In this document: in pieces, positions 23,153 to 31,418 of the stretch
Numbering within the stretch: the stretch's first letter is position 1
Layout: every line of letters starts with the position of its first letter
DNA from: Oscillospiraceae bacterium
Lineage (GTDB): Bacteria; Bacteroidota; Bacteroidia; Bacteroidales; Bacteroidaceae
Direction of reading: 5' to 3'
NCBI GenBank assembly: GCA_963588475.1
Contig: CAVAHD010000003.1
Span: 66,704 to 130,703 of the forward strand
Length of the DNA stretch: 64,000 nt
The notes under the pieces: generated by a model
What the model saw: the letters and a program-made list of their open reading frames with translations, nothing else
Told to the model about the DNA's origin: nothing
The model's database searches: none
Translations under genes and position numbers: made by a program

Positions 23153-24595
23153 ATGAGAATTAAAGACAAACGGAATATGAAGCTGCAATGGACTAAGTTC
23201 GTTGTAGTTATTGTGTTGTACCTGCTTTTCCTCCTTTGGCTCAAGAGCTGGCTCGGACTCGTCGTCGTACCTTTTATATATGACGTGTATATCTCACGAA
23301 AGATACGCTGGGACTGGTGGAAGGACTGCGAGAACCCCTGGCGCATGATAATGTCGTGGGTGGATGCCCTCGTCTTCGCCCTCGTGGCCGTTTACTTCAT
23401 CAACCTCTTCTTCTTCCAGAACTACGTCATCCCGTCGTCGTCGCTGGAGAAGTCCCTGCTCACTGGCGACTACCTCTTCGTCTCCAAGGCTACGTATGGT
23501 CCGCGCATACCGCAGACCCCTCTGACGCTGCCCCTCACGCAGCATACCATCCCCGTTATCGGCACCAAGTCGTACATAGAATGGCCCCAGTGGGACTACC
23601 GCCGCGCCCCCGGCTACGGCGAGCTGAAGCTCAACGACATAGTCGTGTTCAACTACCCGGCCGGCGACACCGTGGTTTCCGAACCACGCTACCAAGCTGC
23701 CGACTACTACGCCATGTGCTATTCCTTTGGCGCGCAGATACTCCAGCAGCAGGGCATCCGTGGCAACCTCGACAGCCTCTCTCAGCTGCAACTGCGCAAG
23801 TACTACAGCATGGCCTACCAGGCCGGACGCTCGTATATCATGCAGAATCCCAACGACTTCGGCACGCTCATAGCACGCCCCGTAGACCGCCGAGAGAACT
23901 ACGTGAAGCGCTGCGTCGGTCTGCCCGGCCAGACGCTGCAGATAAAGAACCGCATCATCTACCTCGACGGCAAGGCCAACAAGGAGCCGGACAACGTGCA
24001 GTACACGTACCACGTGAAGCTGAAGCAGCCCATACCAGAGGACATGATTGATGAGTACAACATCTCGCAGGAAGACCTCACGCAGCTCAACCAGTCGGGC
24101 GTGATGCCGCTCACCTCATACGCTGCCAAGGCCCTCGCCGCACGCAAGGACATCGTCAGCTCCATCTCGCTCAACCAGGAGCAGTATGTCGGCGAGACCT
24201 ATCCGCTCAATGCACGCTACGGTTGGACGCGCGACAACTACGGTCCCATCTGGATACCGAAGAAGGGCGAGAGCGTGAAGCTGACGCTGGAGAACCTCCC
24301 CATCTACGAGCGTCCTATCCGCGTCTACGAAGGCAACGACCTGGAGGTTACTGCCGACGGCAAGATACTCATCAACGGCAAGCCCGCCACGTCCTACACG
24401 TTCAAGATGGACTACTACTGGATGATGGGCGACAACCGCCACAACAGTGCCGACTCCCGCTACTGGGGCTTCGTGCCCGAGGACCACATCGTCGGCAAGC
24501 CAATCTTCATCTGGTGGTCTACCAACGCCGACAAGAAGGGCTTCTCAGCCATCCGCTGGAGCCGCCTCTTCCGTTTTGTGGACGACATAAAGTAA
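23153..24595 (+). CDS. lepB: signal peptidase I
   Basis: S26 motifs are present: SSSLEKSLLTGDYLFVSK, VKRCVGLPGQTL and GDNRHNSADSRYWGFVPEDHIVGKP. Confidence 0.9.
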   Translation: MRIKDKRNMKLQWTKFVVVIVLYLLFLLWLKSWLGLVVVPFIYDVYISRKIRWDWWKDCENPWRMIMSWVDALVFALVAVYFINLFFFQNYVIPSSSLEKSLLTGDYLFVSKATYGPRIPQTPLTLPLTQHTIPVIGTKSYIEWPQWDYRRAPGYGELKLNDIVVFNYPAGDTVVSEPRYQAADYYAMCYSFGAQILQQQGIRGNLDSLSQLQLRKYYSMAYQAGRSYIMQNPNDFGTLIARPVDRRENYVKRCVGLPGQTLQIKNRIIYLDGKANKEPDNVQYTYHVKLKQPIPEDMIDEYNISQEDLTQLNQSGVMPLTSYAAKALAARKDIVSSISLNQEQYVGETYPLNARYGWTRDNYGPIWIPKKGESVKLTLENLPIYERPIRVYEGNDLEVTADGKILINGKPATSYTFKMDYYWMMGDNRHNSADSRYWGFVPEDHIVGKPIFIWWSTNADKKGFSAIRWSRLFRFVDDIK

Positions 24596-24606
24596 ATATT
24601 TAGCGT

Positions 24607-24805
24607 GGGCTGAAAGCCCTATACTACATAGCCCAGGGCAACGCCCTGGGTTTTTGTTTGTGTGTAAGAGCGCGCCCTGTAAGGGCAAAAGTCCATAGAA
24701 TAGCGTATGACAGTTTATGTACTTTTGCCCTTACAGGGCGGTGGTTGACTGTCCGTGTATACCCAGGGCGTTGCCCTGGGCTATGTAGTGATGGGCTTTC
24801 AGCCC
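24607..24805. repeat. nested GC-rich palindromic element (about 200 bp)
   Basis: Outer arms 24607-24651 and 24761-24805 contain CCCAGGGC..GCCCTGGG. Inner arms are 24673-24692 and 24721-24740 (CGCCCTGTAAGGGCAAAAGT). The left outer hairpin plus T5 (24632-24655) can terminate lepB. Confidence 0.7.
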
Positions 24806-24871
24806 GGTGGGGCATATGTGTCGTCGGTCCTGCTTTTTGCCCTCAATGATGGGGTGGTAAATAAACGCCGA

Positions 24872-24965
24872 GATGCCCACCTTTTGGGCATCTTGTTCTC
24901 GCGGCTCGGGCATCGTGTTCTCACGGCTTGGGCATCGAGTGCCCGGGCTTTGGGCATACCCCATC
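24872..24965. repeat. hairpin plus 3-4 tandem 22-23-nt units (TGGGCATCNTGTTCTCRCGGC)
   Basis: Read directly from the sequence: tgggcatcttgttctcgcggc / tcgggcatcgtgttctcacggct / tgggcatcgagtgcccgggcttt / gggcatacc. Confidence 0.5.
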
Positions 24966-25163
24966 TTTTTAAGAGTCTACAACGGCGTGGAAATGAGGCG
25001 TTAGCGGCGTTGCCCGCAGTTTGAGGGATTGTAACAACATTTTAATGTACGTTAGAGGAAAAAATGAGTGGCAAAATGGTAAATTTGCTCCCGTTTAACA
25101 TAGTTTAACTGTCACTAAACGTAATTTTATAGGGGGGGGTAGAAATGAATAAAGATTTTTTTG

Positions 25164-25171
25164 TACCTTTG
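25164..25171 (+). promoter_or_regulatory. Bacteroidetes -7 promoter box (TACCTTTG)
   Basis: TAnnTTTG, 41 nt upstream of the kinase ATG. A G8 tract lies at 25132-25139. Confidence 0.45.
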
Positions 25172-25211
25172 CAAGCATCTATTTACGTTTTAGACCTGTC
25201 AACTTAACGTC

Positions 25212-26051
25212 ATGGAACTTCATGTAATTTGTATCGCTGTCATCGTGCTACTAGTTGCAATGACAGTATGGTTATATCTTACTAACAATTCTCTGCGCCG
25301 CGGCATCAACCAGCGTGACGAAGATATCGTCAATTTTAAGGCAAGATGCGACAAGGCAGAAAGAGCCAATAAGATGAAGGATTTTTACGTTCAGAATATG
25401 AGCCACGAAATCCGCACCCCCTTGAACGCAGTAATGGGATTCTCGCAGTTGTTGAGCATCCCTGGGCTACCCGTCTCCGACGAAGACAAGGAGAAGTACG
25501 GCCAACACATCCAGAACAATGGCCGGATGCTGATGATGCTCGTCGACGACATCCTTAACATCTCGGACATAGAGTCCGGCGCGTTCTCATGCACCAAGCA
25601 CGAGGAGCGTGTCAACGAGGTATGCCGTGCCGCCCTGGCTTCCGTGGAGTACCGCGTGCAGCCGGGAGTGGAGCTGAAGATAGAGACCGCTTTCGACGAT
25701 GACTTCACCATCTACTCAGACTCCCGTCGTGTTCAGCAGGTTCTCACCAACTACCTCACCAACGCCTGCAAGCACACGAAGAAGGGCTCTATAACCCTGA
25801 GTGCCGCCAAGGGCAAGCGTGAAGGCTGGATAGAGTTTGCCGTAACGGATACGGGCGTGGGCATCAAGCCCGAGCTGGCCAACAACCTCTTCGAGCGTTT
25901 CGTAAAGCTCAACAACAACGTTGCCGGCACTGGCATCGGCTTGAACATCTGCATGCGTATAGCCCAGGTGATGCACGGCGAGGTAAGCCTCGACACCACC
26001 TACACCAATGGTGCCCGCTTCGTCTTCGCTATGCCTATCGAGAAGGCCTAG
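25212..26051 (+). CDS. sensor histidine kinase
   Basis: One N-terminal transmembrane helix, the H box MSHEIRTPLNAVMGFSQLL, an N box, G1 DTGVGI and G2 GTGIGLNIC. Confidence 0.85.
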   Translation: MELHVICIAVIVLLVAMTVWLYLTNNSLRRGINQRDEDIVNFKARCDKAERANKMKDFYVQNMSHEIRTPLNAVMGFSQLLSIPGLPVSDEDKEKYGQHIQNNGRMLMMLVDDILNISDIESGAFSCTKHEERVNEVCRAALASVEYRVQPGVELKIETAFDDDFTIYSDSRRVQQVLTNYLTNACKHTKKGSITLSAAKGKREGWIEFAVTDTGVGIKPELANNLFERFVKLNNNVAGTGIGLNICMRIAQVMHGEVSLDTTYTNGARFVFAMPIEKA

Positions 26052-26089
26052 CCCCTGCTGCCACGCTAATGACATTTTAGGACTCCAAT

Positions 26090-26310
26090 TGCCGTGGAAT
26101 GCATTTTACGCCAATGAAATCTTTTAACGTTAATTGCCGTTAATTGACCGTTAATTGACCATTAATTTTAAGTTTCTCCCATCCGGATGGAAAAGAAAAA
26201 TATTAATGGATAATTAACGGTCAATTAACGGCAATTAACGTTAAAAATAACAATTAGCGTAAAAATAACAATTGGCGTAAAAATACCCATTGGCGTAAAA
26301 TAAGGATTAG
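26090..26310. repeat. composite AT-rich palindromic element built from TTAATTG units, plus an 18-nt tandem array
   Basis: Arms of about 41 nt at 26126-26166 and 26202-26242 match with one 2-nt mismatch. The loop contains the palindrome TCCATCCGGATGGA. The outer flanks are symmetric (TTTTACGCCAATG / CATTGGCGTAAAA). Four copies of GTAAAAATAACAATTRGC lie at 26240-26310. Confidence 0.7.
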
Positions 26311-27182
26311 CGTCGGAGTATTAGCACCCAGATGGCTACGAGGATGAGTATTCCGCCGATTATCGTGAAGGCGTCGAAGGGCTCGTTGAGGACGAGGATG
26401 CCTATGAGCATGGCGGTTAGCGGCTCGAAGGCTCCTAGGATGGCTACTATGTTGGTGTCTATGGCGCGCAGGGCTATGGTGAGGCAGATGTTGCTGAACG
26501 CCGTGGGGATGAGGCCGAGCAGGATGAGGTTTATCCAGTCGGCCGAGCACGTGCCCATGGCCAGTCCGTCGCCGAGGGTGAAGGCGTAGAGGATGGCTAT
26601 CACCATGGCGTTGAAGAAGACGTAGAAGGTCAGCTTCAAGGCTGGCATCTTGCTTATTCTCATCAAGGGCAGGATGAAGAGGTACAGTCCGTAGGTGATG
26701 CCGGCACCGATGCCGAAGGTGAGTCCCATGAGGCTCACGTCGGCTAGGCTTTTGAAAGCTCCCGAGAGCATTGCCACGCCTACTATTGCCAGTAGCATTG
26801 CCGCCAGCAGTTGCCACGTGGGACGCTGGTGCAGGAATACTATGCCGGCGATGGCGCACCAGATGGGATCGGTGTAGAGCAGCGAGGTGCCCACGCCGGA
26901 GGCTATGTATTTGTAGCTGGCGAAGAGGCACAGCGCGCTGACGATGTACATGGCGGACAGGACGCTGATGCAGAGGAAGTCGCGCAGGGAGATGCGCAGG
27001 CTGACCTGACGGCAGAGCAGCATCGCCAGCATGCCGAGACATCCGAAGAAGAAACGGTAGATGATGATGCTCAGGTAGTCCATGCCGTTGGCAACGACAG
27101 GTATGGTGAACATGGGTATCATGCCGAACGTGGCACCGGCGATTATCGCCATGATGTAACCCTTGGCTAATTCATAATTCAT
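26307..27182 (-). CDS. EamA/DMT family transporter
   Basis: 291 aa with about 10 hydrophobic helices and the typical duplicated EamA architecture. It begins MNYEL. Confidence 0.8.
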   Translation of the reverse strand: MNYELAKGYIMAIIAGATFGMIPMFTIPVVANGMDYLSIIIYRFFFGCLGMLAMLLCRQVSLRISLRDFLCISVLSAMYIVSALCLFASYKYIASGVGTSLLYTDPIWCAIAGIVFLHQRPTWQLLAAMLLAIVGVAMLSGAFKSLADVSLMGLTFGIGAGITYGLYLFILPLMRISKMPALKLTFYVFFNAMVIAILYAFTLGDGLAMGTCSADWINLILLGLIPTAFSNICLTIALRAIDTNIVAILGAFEPLTAMLIGILVLNEPFDAFTIIGGILILVAIWVLILRR

Positions 27183-27232
27183 AATTCTTAATTCTTAATT
27201 GGCAATTCCTAATTCCTAACTCCTAATCTTTT
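27168..27232. repeat. heptamer-periodic AT-rich array (GAATTNN units)
   Basis: Nine consecutive 7-nt units, with TT dinucleotides exactly 7 nt apart, span the UbiA stop to the EamA start codon. Confidence 0.7.
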
Positions 27233-28115
27233 ATGCTAAGTAGATTATGAATAGGAAGGTTATTAGCCATGCGGCTACTACGAGCTGGATGGAGCGGTCG
27301 CGTAGGATGACTTTTGTCGGGTCGCCAGTTTTTTCGTCTACTACGGCGATTTGTATGTAGCGCAGAAGGCCGATGATGACGTAGGCGCTGGTGAGGTAGA
27401 TGTACGGCGTGCCGAAGTTGGCCACTACCTCTGGGGATACCGTGTACATTATATAACATACGAGCATCACGCTGCCGGAGATGGTGATGGCCTGGTTGAT
27501 GAAGGTGAGGTTGTAGCGCGACGTGTTGTGGCGCGGTGCTTCGCCCGTCTTGTTCATGCGGAGCACGTCGTCGCGGCGCTTGGCGAAGGAGAGAAAGAGA
27601 GTCAAGAGGAACGTCATCATCACCAGCCACTGCGAGGGCATTATGTCCGTTGCCATGCCACCGGCCAGTATGCGTAGTACGAAGCCGAAGGATATGATGC
27701 ATACGTCGATGATGGCCAGTCGCTTCAGTCGCCAACAGTAGGAGAGGTTGAGGCACCAGTAACCCACTATGACGGCGGCCGTATACATGAAGTCGTCGCT
27801 GTCTAGCAGTGTGAGTACGCCGATGGCCGCCGCCAGCATCACTACCATCATGGCGTATGCCAGCGTCTCGCTGACGGCACCGGAGGCCACGGGGCGGTGG
27901 CACTTGACGGGGTGTCGGCGGTCGGCCTCCACGTCGATGACGTCGTTGAAGCAGTAGATGCTGGACGCTGCAAAGGAGAAGCCGAAGAAGGCTATGATGC
28001 TGTTCATTAGCTGGTGGACATCGGTGAGGTGCCCTCCGAAGAACAGCGGCAGGAAGACGAAGGTGTTCTTTATCCACTGGTGCGGACGGAGAACCTTTAT
28101 TAATTCATAATTCAT
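27231..28115 (-). CDS. UbiA family prenyltransferase (decaprenyl-phosphate phosphoribosyltransferase-like)
   Basis: LRPHQWIKNTFVFLPLFFGG and NDVIDVEADRRHPVKCHRPVASG are typical of this UbiA subfamily. It begins MNYEL. Confidence 0.85.
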   Translation of the reverse strand: MNYELIKVLRPHQWIKNTFVFLPLFFGGHLTDVHQLMNSIIAFFGFSFAASSIYCFNDVIDVEADRRHPVKCHRPVASGAVSETLAYAMMVVMLAAAIGVLTLLDSDDFMYTAAVIVGYWCLNLSYCWRLKRLAIIDVCIISFGFVLRILAGGMATDIMPSQWLVMMTFLLTLFLSFAKRRDDVLRMNKTGEAPRHNTSRYNLTFINQAITISGSVMLVCYIMYTVSPEVVANFGTPYIYLTSAYVIIGLLRYIQIAVVDEKTGDPTKVILRDRSIQLVVAAWLITFLFIIYLA

Positions 28116-28194
28116 AATGCAGAATTCATAATGGGTAATTCATAATGCAGAATTCATAATGGGTAATTCATAATGCAGAATTCCTAATTCCTAA
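28095..28194. repeat. heptamer-periodic array containing 2.5 copies of a 28-nt unit
   Basis: Fourteen consecutive TTNNNNA heptamers on the coding strand. The 28-mer is CTGCATTATGAATTACCCATTATGAATT. Confidence 0.75.
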
Positions 28195-29244
28195 TTAGTT
28201 CCTTATGCTCTTTATCAGTTTTTGGAAGATTAGGGCCAGTACTATTGTTGTGACTATGTAGAGGACCAGGCCGTCGAGGATAGCGCCGCCACGGCTGATG
28301 GGGATGAATATCTTTCTCGTTATGGGGTGGCAGACGAAGATGGCGGACGAGAGGATGCCGAGCCAGTTGAGCGGGCTGAGCCAACGCTCGGGGATGGTCT
28401 TGATGAGCGCCACGTTGAAGACGACGACGAGGGCTGGGGCCCAAAGCCACAGGTGGAAGTTCTGCGAGAAGAGCACTACGCCGACGGCGGAGAGGACGGT
28501 GAGGACGGGCCAGCGCAAGGGGAGAGTAGTCAGGTTACCTCCGATGATCCTTGTGCTGCGCGCTGCAAGGAGTCCCATACCGAAGGGCAGCATGCCGCCG
28601 ATGCAGTTGTAGCGTATCTGGTTGATAGCATCGCCGTTGGGGTCGCCGTAGCAGAGGGCTTGTATGGCCCAACAGACGAGTATGGCGGTGATGGTCCACA
28701 TCCACGGGCGGCGGTAGAGCACCAGGCGGTATATGATGTACAGCTGCATCATCAGTCCGAAGAACCAGTACGGGCCGGGCCAGATGCTGTGGTCGGGGTC
28801 GGGGAATAAGTTGATTGTCATGGTGAGCTGGGTCACTATGTCCGTCCACGTCCAGTGGTGGCGGCCCGGTGTTATCCAGTCTACCGTAGCGAAGCTGGTG
28901 AAGCCCAGCAACAGCATGGGGAAGAGCTTCATGAAGTGCTTCTTGATGAACTCCCATGCCGACTCGTCGATGGTTAGGTCCTGTTCGTATTTCTGCACCA
29001 GTCCGTAGCCGCTGAGGAAGAGGAAGACGGGCACGCCGTAGTGGCCGAAGAAGGAGAAGAGCTGCAGCAGTATGTCGTCTGAGGGCGAGAGGAGCATCTT
29101 CATCATGCGGTCCAGGCGGTCCTGCCCGAACTGGTACTCGTTCTCCTTTACCATCGGACCGAGCCAATGGAGGAAGTTATGCAGGAAAATGCCCAGTATG
29201 GCGAAGCCGCGCATGGCGGAGCATTGTATCTTTGTGAGTGTCAT
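28195..29244 (-). CDS. acyltransferase family 3 membrane protein
   Basis: 349 aa and polytopic. The N-terminal RGFAILGIFLHNFLHW and overall hydrophobic pattern are typical of the OafA-like acyltransferase_3 family. Confidence 0.75.
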   Translation of the reverse strand: MTLTKIQCSAMRGFAILGIFLHNFLHWLGPMVKENEYQFGQDRLDRMMKMLLSPSDDILLQLFSFFGHYGVPVFLFLSGYGLVQKYEQDLTIDESAWEFIKKHFMKLFPMLLLGFTSFATVDWITPGRHHWTWTDIVTQLTMTINLFPDPDHSIWPGPYWFFGLMMQLYIIYRLVLYRRPWMWTITAILVCWAIQALCYGDPNGDAINQIRYNCIGGMLPFGMGLLAARSTRIIGGNLTTLPLRWPVLTVLSAVGVVLFSQNFHLWLWAPALVVVFNVALIKTIPERWLSPLNWLGILSSAIFVCHPITRKIFIPISRGGAILDGLVLYIVTTIVLALIFQKLIKSIRN

Positions 29245-29247
29245 TTT

Positions 29248-31050
29248 CTAGAATTTGTCGTAGTCTGTGGTGTTCTTTAGTATGCGTGGCCGCTTGGCGT
29301 TGTACTGCGGCGAGAGGAGGTCGTACTCCGGTCGGTAGGCGGGGGTGTGTATGCCGGCCAGTCCGAGCAGCAGGTGCGACAAGGCGTCGGTCATGTACGG
29401 CTTGTTCTTGGCCTGCTTTATGGCGCGTGCGATGTCGGGGTGGGAGCGTCTGTATTTGCGTGTGCAGTATATCCACATCGGTATGCGGAACTCCTCGTCG
29501 GCCAGGCGTTTGCTGATGACGGCGTCGTGCATTCTGCCGCAGAAGTGGCGCACGCCGGGACCGAAGACTTCTTCGCCGTGGTCGGAGAGGTAGACGATGA
29601 TGGCGTCGTCGTTCTTGAAGCGCTCCACTATCTGGTTCACGACGGAGTCGTTGTACCATACGGCATTGTCGTAGTCGGCAAGGGCTTTGCGGCGTTTCTC
29701 CGTGAGGTCCATGTCGTTGGGGTAGTCGTCCTTGCCGAATTTCTTCTTGGAGTTGGGGCAGCGCACGCGGTAGTTGACGTGCTGGCCCATGAGGTGGAAG
29801 ATGGTGAGGTTGGCCCCCTTACGCTGTTCGGCTGGTATGTCGTCGAAGTCAGAGAGCAGTCCCTCGTCGAAGACGTGCAGCTTGTCGTTGCGCAGGTCGA
29901 ACTGTGCCGCGCTCGTCTTGGGGTTGTTGAGGAAGAATCCGCCGCTGAAGTCGTAGACCGCCTCCTTGGCTTGCGGCAGGAACTGGTTGGTGAGGAACGT
30001 GACGCGGTAGCCGGCCTGGCGGAAGAGTTGGCAGAAGAGCGGATAGTCGCACCAGTCGGCGGTGTCGCCCACGCAGTATGTTGTCATCAAGTGCTTGAAT
30101 ACGAAGCTGGTGAGGTTCCACGGCGACACGACGTCCTCCAGTGGCGTGAGCAGTCCCTGGTGCTTCATGCGCACTTGGTTTGGCATGTTTGGCTTGTCGT
30201 AACCGTAGAGTTGCGCGTGGCGTTTGTTGAAGCTCTCGCCGATGATGAGCACGATGTTGGGTGACGTGGTGGAGCAGGAGTCTACGCGCGCCCGATTGAG
30301 TTGGTTGATAAGTCTATCCAACTGGCGTGCTATCAGTTCGTTGCTGCGAATGGAGAATGCCAGTCGCATGGGCGGTTGGTACATCTCCGTATGTGGGCGG
30401 TAGGCGAGCGAATGCTCCACTTCGCCGATGGTCTCGCGGGTCATCGTGTGGACGTAGAGTCGCTTGTTCTCCAGTCCGAGGTAGCCCAGCGTCACTATGG
30501 CTACTAGCATCACGACGTTGTCGGCCCATGTGCCCCAGCGTGGCAGGTGCAGACGGCTGAAGAAACTTAGGGACAGTACTTTGTTCTTATAGCGTTTCCA
30601 GAGAATAGCGGTGATGACGTGGCAAAGCGGAACGAGTGCGATGAGTCCCACTTCGCTCAGCAGAATGTCGGGGGAGAGATAGTTGGAGAAGAACTCGCTG
30701 GCCTCGTTGCTGTTCGTCTCGCCGATGAGTAGGAGCATGGATGGGTTCAGCGTGCTGCCGAACTTTACGAAGCAGAAGGTGTCCACGATGTACAGTGCAT
30801 AAAGAAAGACATACACCACGGCTTTGATGGGGAGGCGTAGCGGTATGGTGCGCTTACGTATGTGCAGCGTCTTGGGAATAAGAAGCAAGATGGCGCTGAG
30901 GACGTAAACGTCAAAAAGAAGTTCCGGGTAGGTGTTGTCGTAGATGTGTGCCGTTTTGTACGGCGGAAGGGTGGCGTATGCGCTGACCAACCCCAGTATG
31001 AAAAGGAAGAGGAAGGCGCGCGAGAAGAGAGGTTTTAACAGTGTTGGCAT
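29248..31050 (-). CDS. phosphoethanolamine transferase / sulfatase-family membrane protein
   Basis: N-terminal transmembrane helices followed by a sulfatase domain (PNIVLIIGESFNKRHAQLYGY, YLSDHGEEVF). Trimmed to MPTLLKP, downstream of a TACTTTTG box at 31113-31120. Confidence 0.8.
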   Translation of the reverse strand: MPTLLKPLFSRAFLFLFILGLVSAYATLPPYKTAHIYDNTYPELLFDVYVLSAILLLIPKTLHIRKRTIPLRLPIKAVVYVFLYALYIVDTFCFVKFGSTLNPSMLLLIGETNSNEASEFFSNYLSPDILLSEVGLIALVPLCHVITAILWKRYKNKVLSLSFFSRLHLPRWGTWADNVVMLVAIVTLGYLGLENKRLYVHTMTRETIGEVEHSLAYRPHTEMYQPPMRLAFSIRSNELIARQLDRLINQLNRARVDSCSTTSPNIVLIIGESFNKRHAQLYGYDKPNMPNQVRMKHQGLLTPLEDVVSPWNLTSFVFKHLMTTYCVGDTADWCDYPLFCQLFRQAGYRVTFLTNQFLPQAKEAVYDFSGGFFLNNPKTSAAQFDLRNDKLHVFDEGLLSDFDDIPAEQRKGANLTIFHLMGQHVNYRVRCPNSKKKFGKDDYPNDMDLTEKRRKALADYDNAVWYNDSVVNQIVERFKNDDAIIVYLSDHGEEVFGPGVRHFCGRMHDAVISKRLADEEFRIPMWIYCTRKYRRSHPDIARAIKQAKNKPYMTDALSHLLLGLAGIHTPAYRPEYDLLSPQYNAKRPRILKNTTDYDKF

Positions 31051-31185
31051 GTTGCTCAGTGTTGTACGAAATATGGCAGTAAGGGCGCGTTTGCCCAATG
31101 TATAAGTGCATGCAAAAGTAATTAAAAGCTGACGAACGAACAAATATAATATGTTAAAACTTTTGGCTCGCCAAATTAGTTTTAG

Positions 31186-31193
31186 TATCTTTG
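31186..31193 (+). promoter_or_regulatory. Bacteroidetes -7 promoter box (TATCTTTG)
   Basis: TAnnTTTG, 25 nt upstream of the xseB ATG. It is divergent from the minus-strand box at 31113-31120. Confidence 0.45.
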
Positions 31194-31217
31194 CACGGAA
31201 AAGTGTAAATTTATCTT

Positions 31218-31418
31218 ATGCAGGAAAAGGAAATAAACTACGGCGCTGCCATGAAGCAGCTCGAAGAGATAGTAAGGAGGATGGAAAGCGACCAGCTCGA
31301 CATCGACTCGCTGGGCAAGGAACTCTTGGCAGCCAAGGGGCTGCTGAATGTATGCCGCGACAAACTCACCAAGACGGAAGCAGAAATACAGAAGATACAA
31401 AACCAAACCCAACAATGA
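31218..31418 (+). CDS. xseB: exodeoxyribonuclease VII small subunit
   Basis: 66 aa. YGAAMKQLEEIVRRMESDQLDIDSLGKELLAAKGLLNVCRDKL is the XseB pattern. Confidence 0.8.
   Translation: MQEKEINYGAAMKQLEEIVRRMESDQLDIDSLGKELLAAKGLLNVCRDKLTKTEAEIQKIQNQTQQ

Noticed and set aside
23294-24051. Long ORFs on both strands inside lepB (239 and 244 aa)
   Set aside because: They are Arg/Ala/Gly/His-rich shadow frames typical of genes with high third-position GC. The lepB frame has clear S26 motifs.
26090-28194. CRISPR array interpretation of the AT-rich repeat regions
   Set aside because: The units are 7-28 nt and directly abutting or palindromic, with no unique spacers of CRISPR length. No cas genes are nearby.
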